Position numbers and translations under genes: made by a program. A DNA stretch of 64,000 bases, from positions 365,800,001 to 365,864,000 of the forward strand of contig OZ024741.1 of the NCBI GenBank assembly GCA_964016885.1, read 5' to 3'. The DNA comes from Eledone cirrhosa (Eukaryota). Under the pieces are notes generated by a model, which made no database searches, had not been told where the DNA came from, and saw nothing but the letters and a program-made list of their open reading frames with translations. Below are positions 1 to 10,174 of the stretch, in pieces; within the stretch, counting starts at the first letter, position 1, and the number at the start of each line of letters is the position of its first letter.

Positions 1-91
1 TTAGTGACCTGAGGTCATTGAGCAGGTGACCCTCCGTCCACGATGATCCCAGGCCACGTACATTTATACTGCCTGTTCTAAGTACGGCCAT
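1..91 (-). CDS. N-terminus of ORF2 (APE endonuclease) of Tx1 copy A, partial
   Basis: Manual translation from ATG at 91: MAVLRTGSINVRGLGSSWTEGHLLNDLRSL, matching MTSLRIGSINARGLGSSWKQGHLLNDLRSL of the 4335..7754 ORF. Confidence 0.9.
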   Translation of the reverse strand, partial: MAVLRTGSINVRGLGSSWTEGHLLNDLRSL

Positions 92-1821
92 GCTGGTTGA
101 GGAACGGGATAAGGGAAAAAAGATTACTTACCTTGATTGTATGGGGAAAGGACAGTAGAACCGTCCCTTCGGCTGATCATGGTTACCTCCAAGATGATAT
201 CTGTATAGATTCTCTTGGAGAGTGACCCCTGAAATCCCCAACGCAGTTGGGGAATTTGTGATTAATTGTTTGTAATCTTCGCGTTCAATTTCCACAATGT
301 TAATATTTTTTGGTAATGTTCTTGGTGTTGGTCGGGTGTGGTAATTTACGTCTGAAATATCGATATCCTGTTTTATATGTTCCATTAATGCTTGGTGTGC
401 AATGTTTATGGCTGTGTACTTTTTGGGGGAGGGGTGGTTTTGTTGCTGTTTTCTTGTTGTTGCTATTGGGTGTGTGTGCTTTGTTGTGTTTGGGATGTTG
501 TTGTTTGTGGTGATGCTGGTGGTGGTGTGGTTGTTGTTGGTGGTGATGGTGGTGGCGTTGCTACAAGTCGCCTTGCAGCCTTTACCCTTCTTTGTTTGTC
601 CTCGCTATTGGAGGGCGAAGCTAAGTGGTTCTTTCGTTTTTGCTTTTTATGGTAGATCTTTTGCAACTTCAATCCCGGCTCATACTCCATGTCGGATTCC
701 TTGGCGTCTGGGATGGGTATGTGCTGCACGGCTGTTGCAGCTACTGAAAATGTAGCTACTGGTGTTGCCGCCATTGATGTCGCTGATTTAGTTGTCCGTG
801 GCCTTGGTATGGGTGCCACGGACGTTGCCCTCCTACTCACCATGTAATGGTCTTCTGCCTCTGTTGCCTGCCTTGCTCTTGGAAGCAGAGGATCAGGCGT
901 CGGAAGGAGGGGGGGGGGCTCTTCTTGGCTGGTTTCTGCGGGCAGAAGGCCCTGAGATGACCTTTCTGCCCACAGCCATAGCATTTTGGGCGCCTTCCTT
1001 CCACGCTTATAGGGAGCGGAGTCATTCCTCGAGGTCTATGATATCTGGGATAGCCTCGATACACTCCTGGTAAGTTTGTATTAGCATTTGCATGCCTATA
1101 CCTGACCAGTTCACTCTTCCCATTTTCTGTATTTGCAGTATGGTGGTCCTGTCCTCCACTCCAGCAAGGACAGACGCAGCCAGCCAAGGTATGGGCACGT
1201 CAGGCGGAACCTGGGTCACTTTGACCCTCACAATTTTCTACCCTCAGTAGGAGGGCACCAAGACTATCTCCTCACACTTTAGAGTTTCCAAAGAGTGAGA
1301 CTTCGCGGGGTGGCGAAAAGTACGTCTATTGTGGCATAAGTTTTGCCTCGGGTAATGTGGGTTTTGTGCGCACCCCAAAGCCTTTTGGATTCGAGTCTCC
1401 GTGGCTCTCTCCACCCGATGTGACATTCTGCTTACGGTGCGGTAAGTCACCGTCCGTAGCTGCTTGTCCTTGAAAAAATCGGGTGGAGGTTTCAGTGAAA
1501 CTCTATTGTCATTTCTTGTTACCATTGCCCTTGCGACTGCCATCTCCTCCTCCATGACTAGCAGCGTTTCTATATTTCGGGCCACACATGCGAAAGAAGT
1601 GACCTCTTTTTCAGCGGCACCATTATTGCTGCCGCTAATGCTGCTACTGATCTTGTTGTTGTTAATGCTGGGTTCGTTGTTACTAGTATGGATGTCATTG
1701 TTGTTGTTTTCCTTGATATTGTTACTGTTGCTATTGTTGTTATTGTTGTTGTTGATGTTGTCGTTGTCACTGTTGTTGATATTGTTGTCTTTGTTGTCGG
1801 TGTTATTGTCATTGTTGCTGT

Positions 1822-2805
1822 TGTCGTTGATGTTCCTGTCGTTGTCGCTGGTGCTGTTGTCGTTGATGTTCCTGTCTTTGTCGATGGTGCTGTTGTCGTT
1901 GATGTTCCTGTCTTTGTTGCTGGTGCTGTTGTCGTTGATGTTCCTGTCGTTGTCGCTGGTGCAGTTGTCGTTGATGTTCCTGTCGTTGTTGCTGGTGCTG
2001 TTGTCGTTGATGTTCCTGTCGTTGTCGCTGGTGCTGTTGTCGTTGATGTTCCTGTCGTTGTCGCTGGTGCTGTTGTCGTTGATGTTCCTGTCGTTGTCGC
2101 TGGTGCTGTTGTCGTTGATGTTCCTGTCTTTGTTGCTGGTGCTGTTGTCGTTGATGTTCCTGTCGTTGTCGCTGGTGCAGTTGTCGTTGATGTTCCTGTC
2201 GTTGTTGCTGGTGCTGTTGTCGTTGATGTTCCTGTCGTTGTCGCTGGTGCAGTTGTCGTTGATGTTCCTGTCGTTGTTGCTGGTGCTGTTGTCGTTGATG
2301 TTCCTGTCGTTGTCGCTGGTGCTGTTGTCGTTGATGTTCCTGTCGTTGTCGCTGGTGCTGTTGTCGTTGATGTTCCTGTCGTTGTCGCTGGTGCAGTTGT
2401 CGTTGATGTTCCTGTCGTTGTTGCTGGTGCTGTTGTCGTTGATGTTCCTGTCGTTGTCGCTGGTGCTGTTGTCGTTGATGTTCCTGTCGTTGTTGCTGGT
2501 GCTGTTGTCGTTGATGTTCCTGTCTTTGTTGCTGGTGCTGTTGTCGTTGATGTTCCTGTCGTTGTCGCTGGTGCTGTTGTCGTTGATGTTCCTGTCGTTG
2601 TTGCTGGTGCAGTTGTCGTTGATGTTCCTGTCGTTGTTGCTGGTGCTGTTGTCGTTGATGTTCCTGTCGTTGTCGCTGGTGCTGTTGTCGTTGATGTTCC
2701 TGTCGTTGTTGCTGGTGCTGTTGTCGTTGATGTTCCTGTTGTCGTTGATGTTCCTGTCTTTGTTGCTGGTGCTGTTGTCGTTGATGTTCCTGTCTTTGTT
2801 GCTGG
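1822..2805. repeat. 36-bp tandem repeat (~27 units) encoding (NDNSTSDNDRNI)n inside ORF1
   Basis: Unit tgtcgttgatgttcctgtcgttgtcgctggtgctgt repeated with minor variants. Confidence 0.95.
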
Positions 2806-3307
2806 TGCTGGTGTTGGCCATATTGCCTGATGTGTTGTTGGTGCTGGTGTTGGCCATACTGCCTGATGTGTTGTTGGTGCTGGTGTTGGCCATATTGCCT
2901 GATGTGTTGTTGGTGCTGGTGTTGGCCATATTGCCTGATGTGTTGTTGGTGCTGGTGTTGGCCATATTGCCTGATGTGTTGTTGGTGCTGGTGTTGGCCA
3001 TATTGCCTGATGTGTTGTTGGTGCTGGTGTTGGCCATATTGCCTGATGTGTTGTTGGTGCTGGTGTTGGCCATATTGCCTGATGTGTTGTTGGTGCTGGT
3101 GTTGGCCATATTGCCTGATGTGTTGTTGGTGCTGGTGTTGGCCATATTACCTGATGTGTTGTTGGTGCTGGTGTTGGCCATATTGCCTGATGTGTTGTTG
3201 GTGCTGGTGTTGGCCATATTGCCTGATGTGTTGTTGGTGCTGGTGTTGGCCATATTGCCTGATGTGTTGTTGGTGCTGGTGTTGGCCATATTGCCTGATG
3301 TGTTGTT
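2806..3307. repeat. Second 36-bp tandem repeat (~14 units) encoding (NTSGNMANTSTN)n inside ORF1
   Basis: Unit gtgctggtgttggccatattgcctgatgtgttgttg, nearly perfect. Confidence 0.95.
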
Positions 3308-3642
3308 ACATTTTAAAATTGTTGCGGGATGGGCAGCGTTATTAGCCACAAAGTCTGACTCGCTGTCGCAAGAGGAGCAAACTTAAAGTTGGTGGGCGGG
3401 GCTCCGCCATGTTTTTTTTCCAATAAAACTTTCTTTTAAACGCACAGAGTTTAAATATTTGGGCCAAAAGGCCCACATATTATGGGGAATCCTTTCTTGG
3501 GGGCAAAGCACAAAGTGTTATTTCCCGTTTGAAACAAAAATATTAATGACAAACGTATTTCAAACCGTAGAAAAAACAAACTTACCAGCTCACGATACTA
3601 CATCCATTCGCTTCAACGACCAATAATAATAATAATAATAAT

Positions 3643-3714
3643 AATTGTTTCTACTTTAGGCACAATGCTAGCAATTACCCAGTGCATTACTGGTACTTTA
3701 TTTTATAGACCCCG

Positions 3715-3716
<2 letters not shown>
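3643..3716 (-). mobile_element. 3' fragment of the tRNA-derived SINE family, flanked by (AAT)n
   Basis: Reverse complement of SINE 3' part (cggggtc...aaaataaagtaccagtaatgcactggg...agtagaaacaatt) seen at 51335-51527. Confidence 0.8.
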
Positions 3717-3772
<56 letters not shown>

Positions 3773-3773
<1 letters not shown>

Positions 3774-4040
3774 GTGGGAGGTGAAAAGGATTTGGAACTG
3801 CCATGAAGTCAAAGTGATCCCGATTGTCATAGGCGCACTGGGGACTATCTCCAAAGGTTTCCAGGGATGGTTAAAGAAAATCGGCCCCTTCACGCTTTTT
3901 GGAACGCTTCAAAAGGCATGCTTGCTTGGAACGGCAAGAACCCTCCGATACGTCCTGAATATCTGAGGCAGCAGGTAGTGGCTTGATATTCAATCCAACG
4001 GACTTTCCAGTTAACCAACATCAATGACTGAGATTCAAGG
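3773..4040 (+). mobile_element. 5'-truncated R4/Dong-like (restriction-like endonuclease) non-LTR element: C-terminus and 3'UTR
   Basis: EVKVIPIVIGALGT...LQKACLLGTARTLRYVL is typical of the R4/Dong-clade C-terminus; (AAT)n on both sides; near-identical copy at 37396-37649. Confidence 0.75.
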
Positions 4041-4334
4041 AATAACAATAACAATAATAATAATAATAATAATGATTTCTTTATTAACCACAAGGGTTTA
4101 CATAAAGTAGACATTAAGGACAGTGCAGGACAATGCAGGACGGTACAAATGGGCATTTCTGCGTGTAAAAAACAAAAACAGAGGATGTAACAAAAATAAC
4201 AATGAAAATAACAATGAAAAATTCCCCAATAGGGGGGAGACTTCGGAGGGACATTTGTGGTGAAAGCCCAGTAAAAAGCCACAATGACCCTGACCACCAA
4301 GGCAAGTGCCCTCTCCCAGTTTTCCACCTTTAAT

Positions 4335-7300
4335 TTACAGATATATACTCAGAGTAGGCCCATTCACTCGGGCCATTCTTGCTTCTCTCACCCATCTTTC
4401 AACAAAATGCTGGGAAGAGAGCACTTCCCTCTCTACTCTGATTTTCCTTTTCAAATGAAATTTGAAAAAGTCAATCAGAGCATCACCGAAGAGGTAAGTG
4501 CTCGTCTTCAGCCCTTTCAAACGTGTCCACCATACTATCTCTTTCACCATGGCCACCAGGCAGATAAAAACTGCCTGCCCTTCCCGGCTAAAGGAGGAGG
4601 GCGGGGCAATCCTCACGATGGACTCAGATGATAGCCGGATCCGTCCTAAACGCGACAGCAGGTGTTCGACATAAACCCACAAGTCAGCAATTTTCGGACA
4701 CTGGACGAGTGCGTGCAGGACGGTTTCGTCGCCCTGCGCGCATCTCGGACATGCCCGGCTGACGGCACCTCCATGCCTGTAGAGTTTATCCCGAACTGGC
4801 AAGGCTCCTCGGTAGCACTGCCAGGCCAGAGATTTCTGGAAGTTGTCCATAGGCCCTGGCCCGAAAGTTCTTCCGAAGAGATTGGCTAGTTGATTTTCGT
4901 CGACGCCTAGAGTTTCCCCAAGTACGTCGTCGCTCTTCCCCTCCACTAATCCTCTATAGAACGCCGAGGTGGAGTTTCCACCGATCACATTGCCCGATTG
5001 GTCGAGGGCTGTGAGCGCCTGAAGACATTCCAGTCTCCAGGTGCTCCCTCTCGGTCTTCGCTTGACCCAGGACTGCAGCTCCGCCAAGGAAACGAGCTGG
5101 GGAAAAACGCGTCTAGCAAACGGCGACCACACCTGATCACCGTCGAGGAAGAGGTGGAGATGTCGTAGCCTGAGCGCGTGCCTGCGCATCATCAGCCACG
5201 GCATGCCCAGCCCTCCACGTAGCGGGTGTTGACAACAGATGGACCGCCTGACCATCGGAGCACGTCCCTTCCACAAAAAGCGAAAGAGCAAACGCTCCAG
5301 CGCAGTCAGGCGAGGCTTAGGACAAGGTACGATGGTTAGGCGGTAGCAGATGACAGACGCGATGTACGCGTTAGCCACCTCCGCTCGACCTTTCAGGGAT
5401 AGCTTCCTCTCCGCCCATTTCTGGGTGAGAGAAGCCACCCTGCTCGTCACCTCGTCCCAGTTTTTGTCCGTCTGGAGGTCCGGACCGAACCAGACCCCTA
5501 GCAATTTAACCGGTCCGTCCGTCCAGCGCCCGACGACGCTGTTGGACGGCATGGACCTGCCTCTCCAGGTGCCGAGCTGCAGGCCCACTGACTTTTCCTG
5601 GTTGATCATTGCTCCTGTCCCCGCTTCGTATTCTCTTAGTGTAGTGCCGATCGCCTCGATGTGTTTGGCGTTCGACACCACTACGGTGACATCGTCCGCA
5701 TATGCTGACACGGATCTTCCGCATCCTAGTTCGCGCGGGACTCCCCTCAACGTCTCCAGTTTGTGCAGTAATGGCTCGAGCGTCAATACGTACAAGAGGG
5801 ACGAGAGGGTACATCCTTGGCGGACCGAGCGCATGATGTTGAACGGTTCCGACAGGTGACCGTTCACTCTCACCACAGAGCAGATGTCGCTGTGCATGGC
5901 AGCGATCCAGCCTCTGAAGACGGGCCCAAAGCCAGCCGCCCTCAGGACTGCCGCTAGGTAACGATGGTCGACCCTATCGAAAGCTTTCGACTGATCTAAA
6001 TTGATCAAGGACCCACCCGTGCCAGGTTCCCTAGCTACCCTCTCTACGATGTATCGCATGAGGTGGAGGTTGTCGTGGATGGATCTGTCGGGAATGGCGC
6101 ATGTCTGCGCCTCTCCCACCAGACCACCAACGACAAGCGCCAACCTCTTTGCTAGCACCTTGGCCAAAATCTTAAACTCTGTGTTTAGCAGAGTTATGGG
6201 CCAGAAATTGTCTATGTTATCCCCCTTGTTCGGATCCTTTCTCAGCAGTGCCACCGCTCCTCGGCTCCCAGAGCTGGGAATTCTCCTGTTCTGTTGCCAG
6301 TTGCAGTAGACGTCCGCCAAGAGGCCTCCGAACAAGTCTGGCATCTGTACGTAAAGTTCATAGGGCAGACCATCCAAACCAGGCGATTTACCCCTTGTGC
6401 AGCCAGTCATTGCCTCCCTTACTTCAGCGGCTGTTATCGGCTTTTCGCAACACTTCGCCTCAGTGGCCGAGAGCCGCGGCAGTCCGTCGAGGTAGACACT
6501 AAAGTCCATCCCTCTACCCGGCCCCCCGCTGCCCCCGAACAGCTGAGCGAAGTGTCGCTGAAAAGCTTCACACATTTGCCCGGGATCGAGTAGCATGCGC
6601 CCGTCGTGGTCCACCAAAGACCGGATCGTGGCTTTGTTGCCACGACGCGCCTCCGCCACTCGGGCCCATTGAACGGCTTTCGTCCCCTCGTGTCTGAGAG
6701 CACGCACCCTAGCTCTGACAACGCAGCCTTCGTGCTTTGCATTGAAGAATTGGTCAAGGGCCAATTTCGCCGCAAGCACGTCGGTCGCAATGCCTTTGCT
6801 AAGCGCCTCGTCTAATTTTCTAACTAGTTCTCCCTCTGCTCTATTTTTCTCTATTGCTAAAGCCTTACTAAACCTAATCGATTCTATTCTAATCGCTCTT
6901 TTCAGAGCAAACCACCACTTGTTGTTGACGATGGCCCCCGTCAACGCCCGCTTAACTAGTTCGCTAATCCGGTCTCTGTAGGCCTTGCGCGCTGGTAAGG
7001 ACGCGTTTAGCTTCCAGTAGCCGGGTCCTCGTCTATGAAGCCTATCTAGGTCAAGCACACAGATCACGAATTTGTGGTCCGTGTAGCTGACTATCTTGAA
7101 TTGTGGACAGCCTATGCTAGACCTATCTATTTCCCTACAAAATACTCTATCTAGATATGATCTGGATGACCCTATGCGGTTTGTCCAAGTCCACATTGGC
7201 ACATTCGGGAAATCCAATCGGTACCTGTCAGACAGTTCAAAACGCCTGAGCAGGTTGGTGAGGCTCTTGCACCCTCCACCCCTATCCGCTAATCCCACAC

Positions 7301-7754
7301 AGTCCCAGCGTGCATCTAAGATCCCGTTCCAGTCGCCCACTAACACTAAAGAGCGGGACGTTCCAAGAAAGGTCTCCAGACGCCGGAAGAAATCAGGCCG
7401 CCCTGCTCCTGTCGGGGCATAGACGGCCACTAGCCTGAAAGCTTGCCCGTCTCCGCTGGTCACGTCCAGCACCACCAGCTTACCCTCTGGGTCCAGGAAG
7501 ATGGCCCGTATGGCGAGATCCAAACCTCTCCGAGCAAGCACAGCAACTCCTCCACCCGATCCAGGACGGCTGGGAGATGCGTACACATCGTAGCCGCCGA
7601 TGATCGGTGCGAAGGCCCGTGCTTCGGAGATTCTGGTCTCGCTGATGGCCACTGCATCTATGTTTAGTGACCTGAGGTCGTTGAGCAGGTGACCCTGCTT
7701 CCATGACGACCCCAAGCCACGCGCATTTATGCTGCCTATTCTGAGTGAGGTCAT
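4335..7754 (-). CDS. ORF2: APE endonuclease, reverse transcriptase and C-terminal CCHC
   Basis: 1139 aa open. EN motifs SINARGL, SETR, VYAP, GDWN, YLDRVF, TDH; RT motifs KSPGLDGLP, DQSKAFDRV, VRQGC, YADD; C-terminal CPRC...HALVQC. Confidence 0.96.
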   Translation of the reverse strand: MTSLRIGSINARGLGSSWKQGHLLNDLRSLNIDAVAISETRISEARAFAPIIGGYDVYASPSRPGSGGGVAVLARRGLDLAIRAIFLDPEGKLVVLDVTSGDGQAFRLVAVYAPTGAGRPDFFRRLETFLGTSRSLVLVGDWNGILDARWDCVGLADRGGGCKSLTNLLRRFELSDRYRLDFPNVPMWTWTNRIGSSRSYLDRVFCREIDRSSIGCPQFKIVSYTDHKFVICVLDLDRLHRRGPGYWKLNASLPARKAYRDRISELVKRALTGAIVNNKWWFALKRAIRIESIRFSKALAIEKNRAEGELVRKLDEALSKGIATDVLAAKLALDQFFNAKHEGCVVRARVRALRHEGTKAVQWARVAEARRGNKATIRSLVDHDGRMLLDPGQMCEAFQRHFAQLFGGSGGPGRGMDFSVYLDGLPRLSATEAKCCEKPITAAEVREAMTGCTRGKSPGLDGLPYELYVQMPDLFGGLLADVYCNWQQNRRIPSSGSRGAVALLRKDPNKGDNIDNFWPITLLNTEFKILAKVLAKRLALVVGGLVGEAQTCAIPDRSIHDNLHLMRYIVERVAREPGTGGSLINLDQSKAFDRVDHRYLAAVLRAAGFGPVFRGWIAAMHSDICSVVRVNGHLSEPFNIMRSVRQGCTLSSLLYVLTLEPLLHKLETLRGVPRELGCGRSVSAYADDVTVVVSNAKHIEAIGTTLREYEAGTGAMINQEKSVGLQLGTWRGRSMPSNSVVGRWTDGPVKLLGVWFGPDLQTDKNWDEVTSRVASLTQKWAERKLSLKGRAEVANAYIASVICYRLTIVPCPKPRLTALERLLFRFLWKGRAPMVRRSICCQHPLRGGLGMPWLMMRRHALRLRHLHLFLDGDQVWSPFARRVFPQLVSLAELQSWVKRRPRGSTWRLECLQALTALDQSGNVIGGNSTSAFYRGLVEGKSDDVLGETLGVDENQLANLFGRTFGPGPMDNFQKSLAWQCYRGALPVRDKLYRHGGAVSRACPRCAQGDETVLHALVQCPKIADLWVYVEHLLSRLGRIRLSSESIVRIAPPSSFSREGQAVFICLVAMVKEIVWWTRLKGLKTSTYLFGDALIDFFKFHLKRKIRVEREVLSSQHFVERWVREARMARVNGPTLSIYL

Positions 7755-7789
7755 GTTTAAAATAGAGTGGAAAAGATGGGAAAGACCAC

Positions 7790-9922
7790 TTACCGTACTT
7801 TTGGTAGAGGAGGGATGGTTTTTACATCCCTTTTCACTTGATCGTCTGGTGAAGGGACCGTTGAATCGTCCCTTCGGCTGGTCGTCGGCTCTTCTAAGAG
7901 AATGTCTGAATATACTCTTCGATTGATGGTTCCTCCTAGGTCCCTGAAATCACCAACTGCGTTGGGGAATTTCGTTTTAATGTTTGTGTATTGTTTCTGT
8001 GCTATTTTTAGCAGTCTTATGTTAGTTGGCGTTTTGATTGGTGCTGGTATTATGTAGTCCTGTTGTGAAATGTCTGTGTGTTCAATTATGTAAGTCATTA
8101 GTTTCTTGTTGTGTGTGTTTATTGCCGTGCATTTGTTTTTCTGGGGGTGGGGTGTGGTTCTGCTATTTTCTTGTCGTTGTTGCTGGGTGTGTGTGTTTTG
8201 TTGTTGTGTTTGCGATGTTGGTGCTTGTGGTGGTGGTGGTGTTGAAGGTGTTGTTGGCGGTGGGGTTGTCGCCGGTGGTGATGGTGGTGCTGGTGTGGGT
8301 GGTGATGGTGTTGGTGGTGTTGCTGCTGTGGGTCTCTTTGCAGTAGACTTTACCCTTTTCTCATTTCTTTCCTCCCTTTTCAAAGGCGACGATGCGCTGC
8401 TTCTGCGTTTGTGCCTTCTTGCGACCTTTTGCCATCCCTCTCCCACCTCACACTCCATGTCTGATTCTGTAAGGTCGGGGAGGGGTACCAGCTCCACTCT
8501 TTCACTTGTTGTTGTTGGTGATGTTTGCACTGGAGTCTCTGTTGCAGCTGCATTTGGTATTGCTGTTGTTGTTGTTAATATTTCCACTGCTGCTGCTGTC
8601 TTTGATTTCCGTGGAGTGGGTATAGGTGCCACGGACCTATCGTTCCTGGTTGCCGCTTGTCCTGTTGCTGGTAGCCGTGGAGCCGGATTCGGAAGGAGGG
8701 GGGTTTTCTCCTTTCTCAGGGTCTTCTCGTTGCAGAAGGCCCTGAGGTGAGTCTTCGATCCACAGCGAAAGCATTTCGGGCGTTTGCCCTCAACACTTAT
8801 GGGCAGTTGAGTGCCGTTATCGAAGTCTATCACATCCGGGATAGCTTCGATGCACTCCTGGTTGGTTTGGATTAGCATCTCAATGGAGGAGCCGACCCAA
8901 TCTTCTCTTACTTTTTTCTGTACTTGCAGTACAGTTGTTTTGTCCTCGATTCCGACGAGGACAGACGCGGCCAGCCAAGAAGGGGTCATTCCGGGGGGGA
9001 CGTGGGTCAGTTTGACCCTCACAATTTTTTTCCCGCAGTAGGAGGGCACCAACACCATTTCCTCGCTCCTTAGGGTCACTACTGATTGGGCCTTTGCCTC
9101 CTGGGGTGTGGCAAAAAGTACGTCTACGGTGGCGTATTTTTTGCCTCGGGTGATGTGCGTTTTCCTCTGCCACACAGACCCCAAGGCTTTTTGTATTTGG
9201 GCCTCTGTGGCTCTTTCCACCCTACGGGATTTTGTACTTACTGTACGGTACGTGACCGTACAGTGCTCTTGGGTTTCGAAAAAATTTTTCGCTGCCTTCC
9301 AGATTGCTCGGTGTCCGTTCTTTGTCACCATCTTCTTCGCTTCCTCTAATTCCTCATTTGTTATGAGGATTGTTTCCAAGTTTTTCGCAATACCTGCAAA
9401 TGAGATTGGTTTTTCTCTGCTGTTGTTGTTGTCGTCAGAGCTGCTGGTACTTTTGTTGTTGCTGCAGGTACTACGACTACTGCCTCTGCCGCTGTTGCTG
9501 TGGTTGTTGTTGGTGTTGCTGCTGCTAATGCTGTTGTTGTTTATGCTGCTGGTGATGCTGTTGCGGCTGCTACTGTTGTTTTCATTGTCACTGTTGCTGT
9601 TGTTATTACGGCTGCTACTGCTATTATTCCTGACGTCAGACGAATGAACTGGGTTTTCGTATTTCCCGCACACCTGTTTCGTCGCTGTCGTCGTCGTCGT
9701 GGAGAAACCTTGCACGCTTTGCACGAGACTTTTCTTTTCTTTCGTCGCTTGCGAAAGAGAAGGGAGGGAGAGAGACACATTTAAAGAAGGGAGGGAGAGA
9801 GACAATCTTCTCTCTGCTGTAGTGATGATTGAGGAAGAAGAAGACGGAATGAGTGGGAGTGACGTACGAAATTTCTTTTTCGTAGCCATGTTTTTTTGTT
9901 TAAAATGAAATTTTGGGTACAA
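7790..9922 (-). CDS. ORF1: nucleic-acid-binding protein with zinc knuckle (probable start ATG GCT at ~9889)
   Basis: 710-aa ORF, CFRCGSKTHLRAFC (CX2CX4HX4C), N/S-rich N-terminus, P/T-rich C-terminus; directly upstream of ORF2. Confidence 0.9.
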   Translation of the reverse strand: MYPKFHFKQKNMATKKKFRTSLPLIPSSSSSIITTAERRLSLSLPSLNVSLSLPSLSQATKEKKSLVQSVQGFSTTTTTATKQVCGKYENPVHSSDVRNNSSSSRNNNSNSDNENNSSSRNSITSSINNNSISSSNTNNNHSNSGRGSSRSTCSNNKSTSSSDDNNNSREKPISFAGIAKNLETILITNEELEEAKKMVTKNGHRAIWKAAKNFFETQEHCTVTYRTVSTKSRRVERATEAQIQKALGSVWQRKTHITRGKKYATVDVLFATPQEAKAQSVVTLRSEEMVLVPSYCGKKIVRVKLTHVPPGMTPSWLAASVLVGIEDKTTVLQVQKKVREDWVGSSIEMLIQTNQECIEAIPDVIDFDNGTQLPISVEGKRPKCFRCGSKTHLRAFCNEKTLRKEKTPLLPNPAPRLPATGQAATRNDRSVAPIPTPRKSKTAAAVEILTTTTAIPNAAATETPVQTSPTTTSERVELVPLPDLTESDMECEVGEGWQKVARRHKRRSSASSPLKREERNEKRVKSTAKRPTAATPPTPSPPTPAPPSPPATTPPPTTPSTPPPPQAPTSQTQQQNTHTQQQRQENSRTTPHPQKNKCTAINTHNKKLMTYIIEHTDISQQDYIIPAPIKTPTNIRLLKIAQKQYTNIKTKFPNAVGDFRDLGGTINRRVYSDILLEEPTTSRRDDSTVPSPDDQVKRDVKTIPPLPKVR

Positions 9923-10106
9923 AACCCCAATAACTGGTTATTTAACCCCGAAGGGCCAAATAACGGACAGAAAGACCCCTCTCACGAGGAGGAGGGTGTC
10001 TTTATCAACAATTTGGTTCAAGTTTTAAACAATTTACAATTGTTTTAACGGTTAAAAATTACTATACCTTACAGAGCCGAGCCTCCGTCAACCATGGCAT
10101 TCAATA

Positions 10107-10174
<68 letters not shown>

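Larger units (their letters stand above)
128..3410 (-). pseudogene. ORF1 (gag-like, CCHC zinc knuckle) of Tx1 copy A, broken by several frameshifts
   Basis: Pieces in ORFs 1244..3349, 1022..1231, 837..1187, 463..984 and 128..385 each match successive parts of intact ORF1 7790..9922; likely start AAAAAACATGGCG at 3410. Frameshifts may be real or assembly indels. Confidence 0.8.
1..3621 (-). mobile_element. Tx1/L1-clade non-LTR retrotransposon, copy A (5'UTR, ORF1, start of ORF2; continues off the left edge)
   Basis: Colinear homology with the element at 4075-10101 (ORF1 motifs TVTYRTVS, WLAASVL, CYGCGQKGHLRAFC; ORF2 start); 5' end abuts (AAT)n at ~3622. Confidence 0.9.
4075..10101 (-). mobile_element. 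Full-length Tx1/L1-clade non-LTR retrotransposon, copy B
   Basis: 5'UTR, ORF1, short spacer, ORF2, 3'UTR with AATAAA then an (ATT)n tail; (AAT)n at both junctions. Confidence 0.95.

Noticed and set aside
1464-3386. 640-aa Leu-rich membrane-protein-like ORF and other + strand ORFs
   Set aside because: Antisense shadows of the Asn-rich repeats in LINE ORF1
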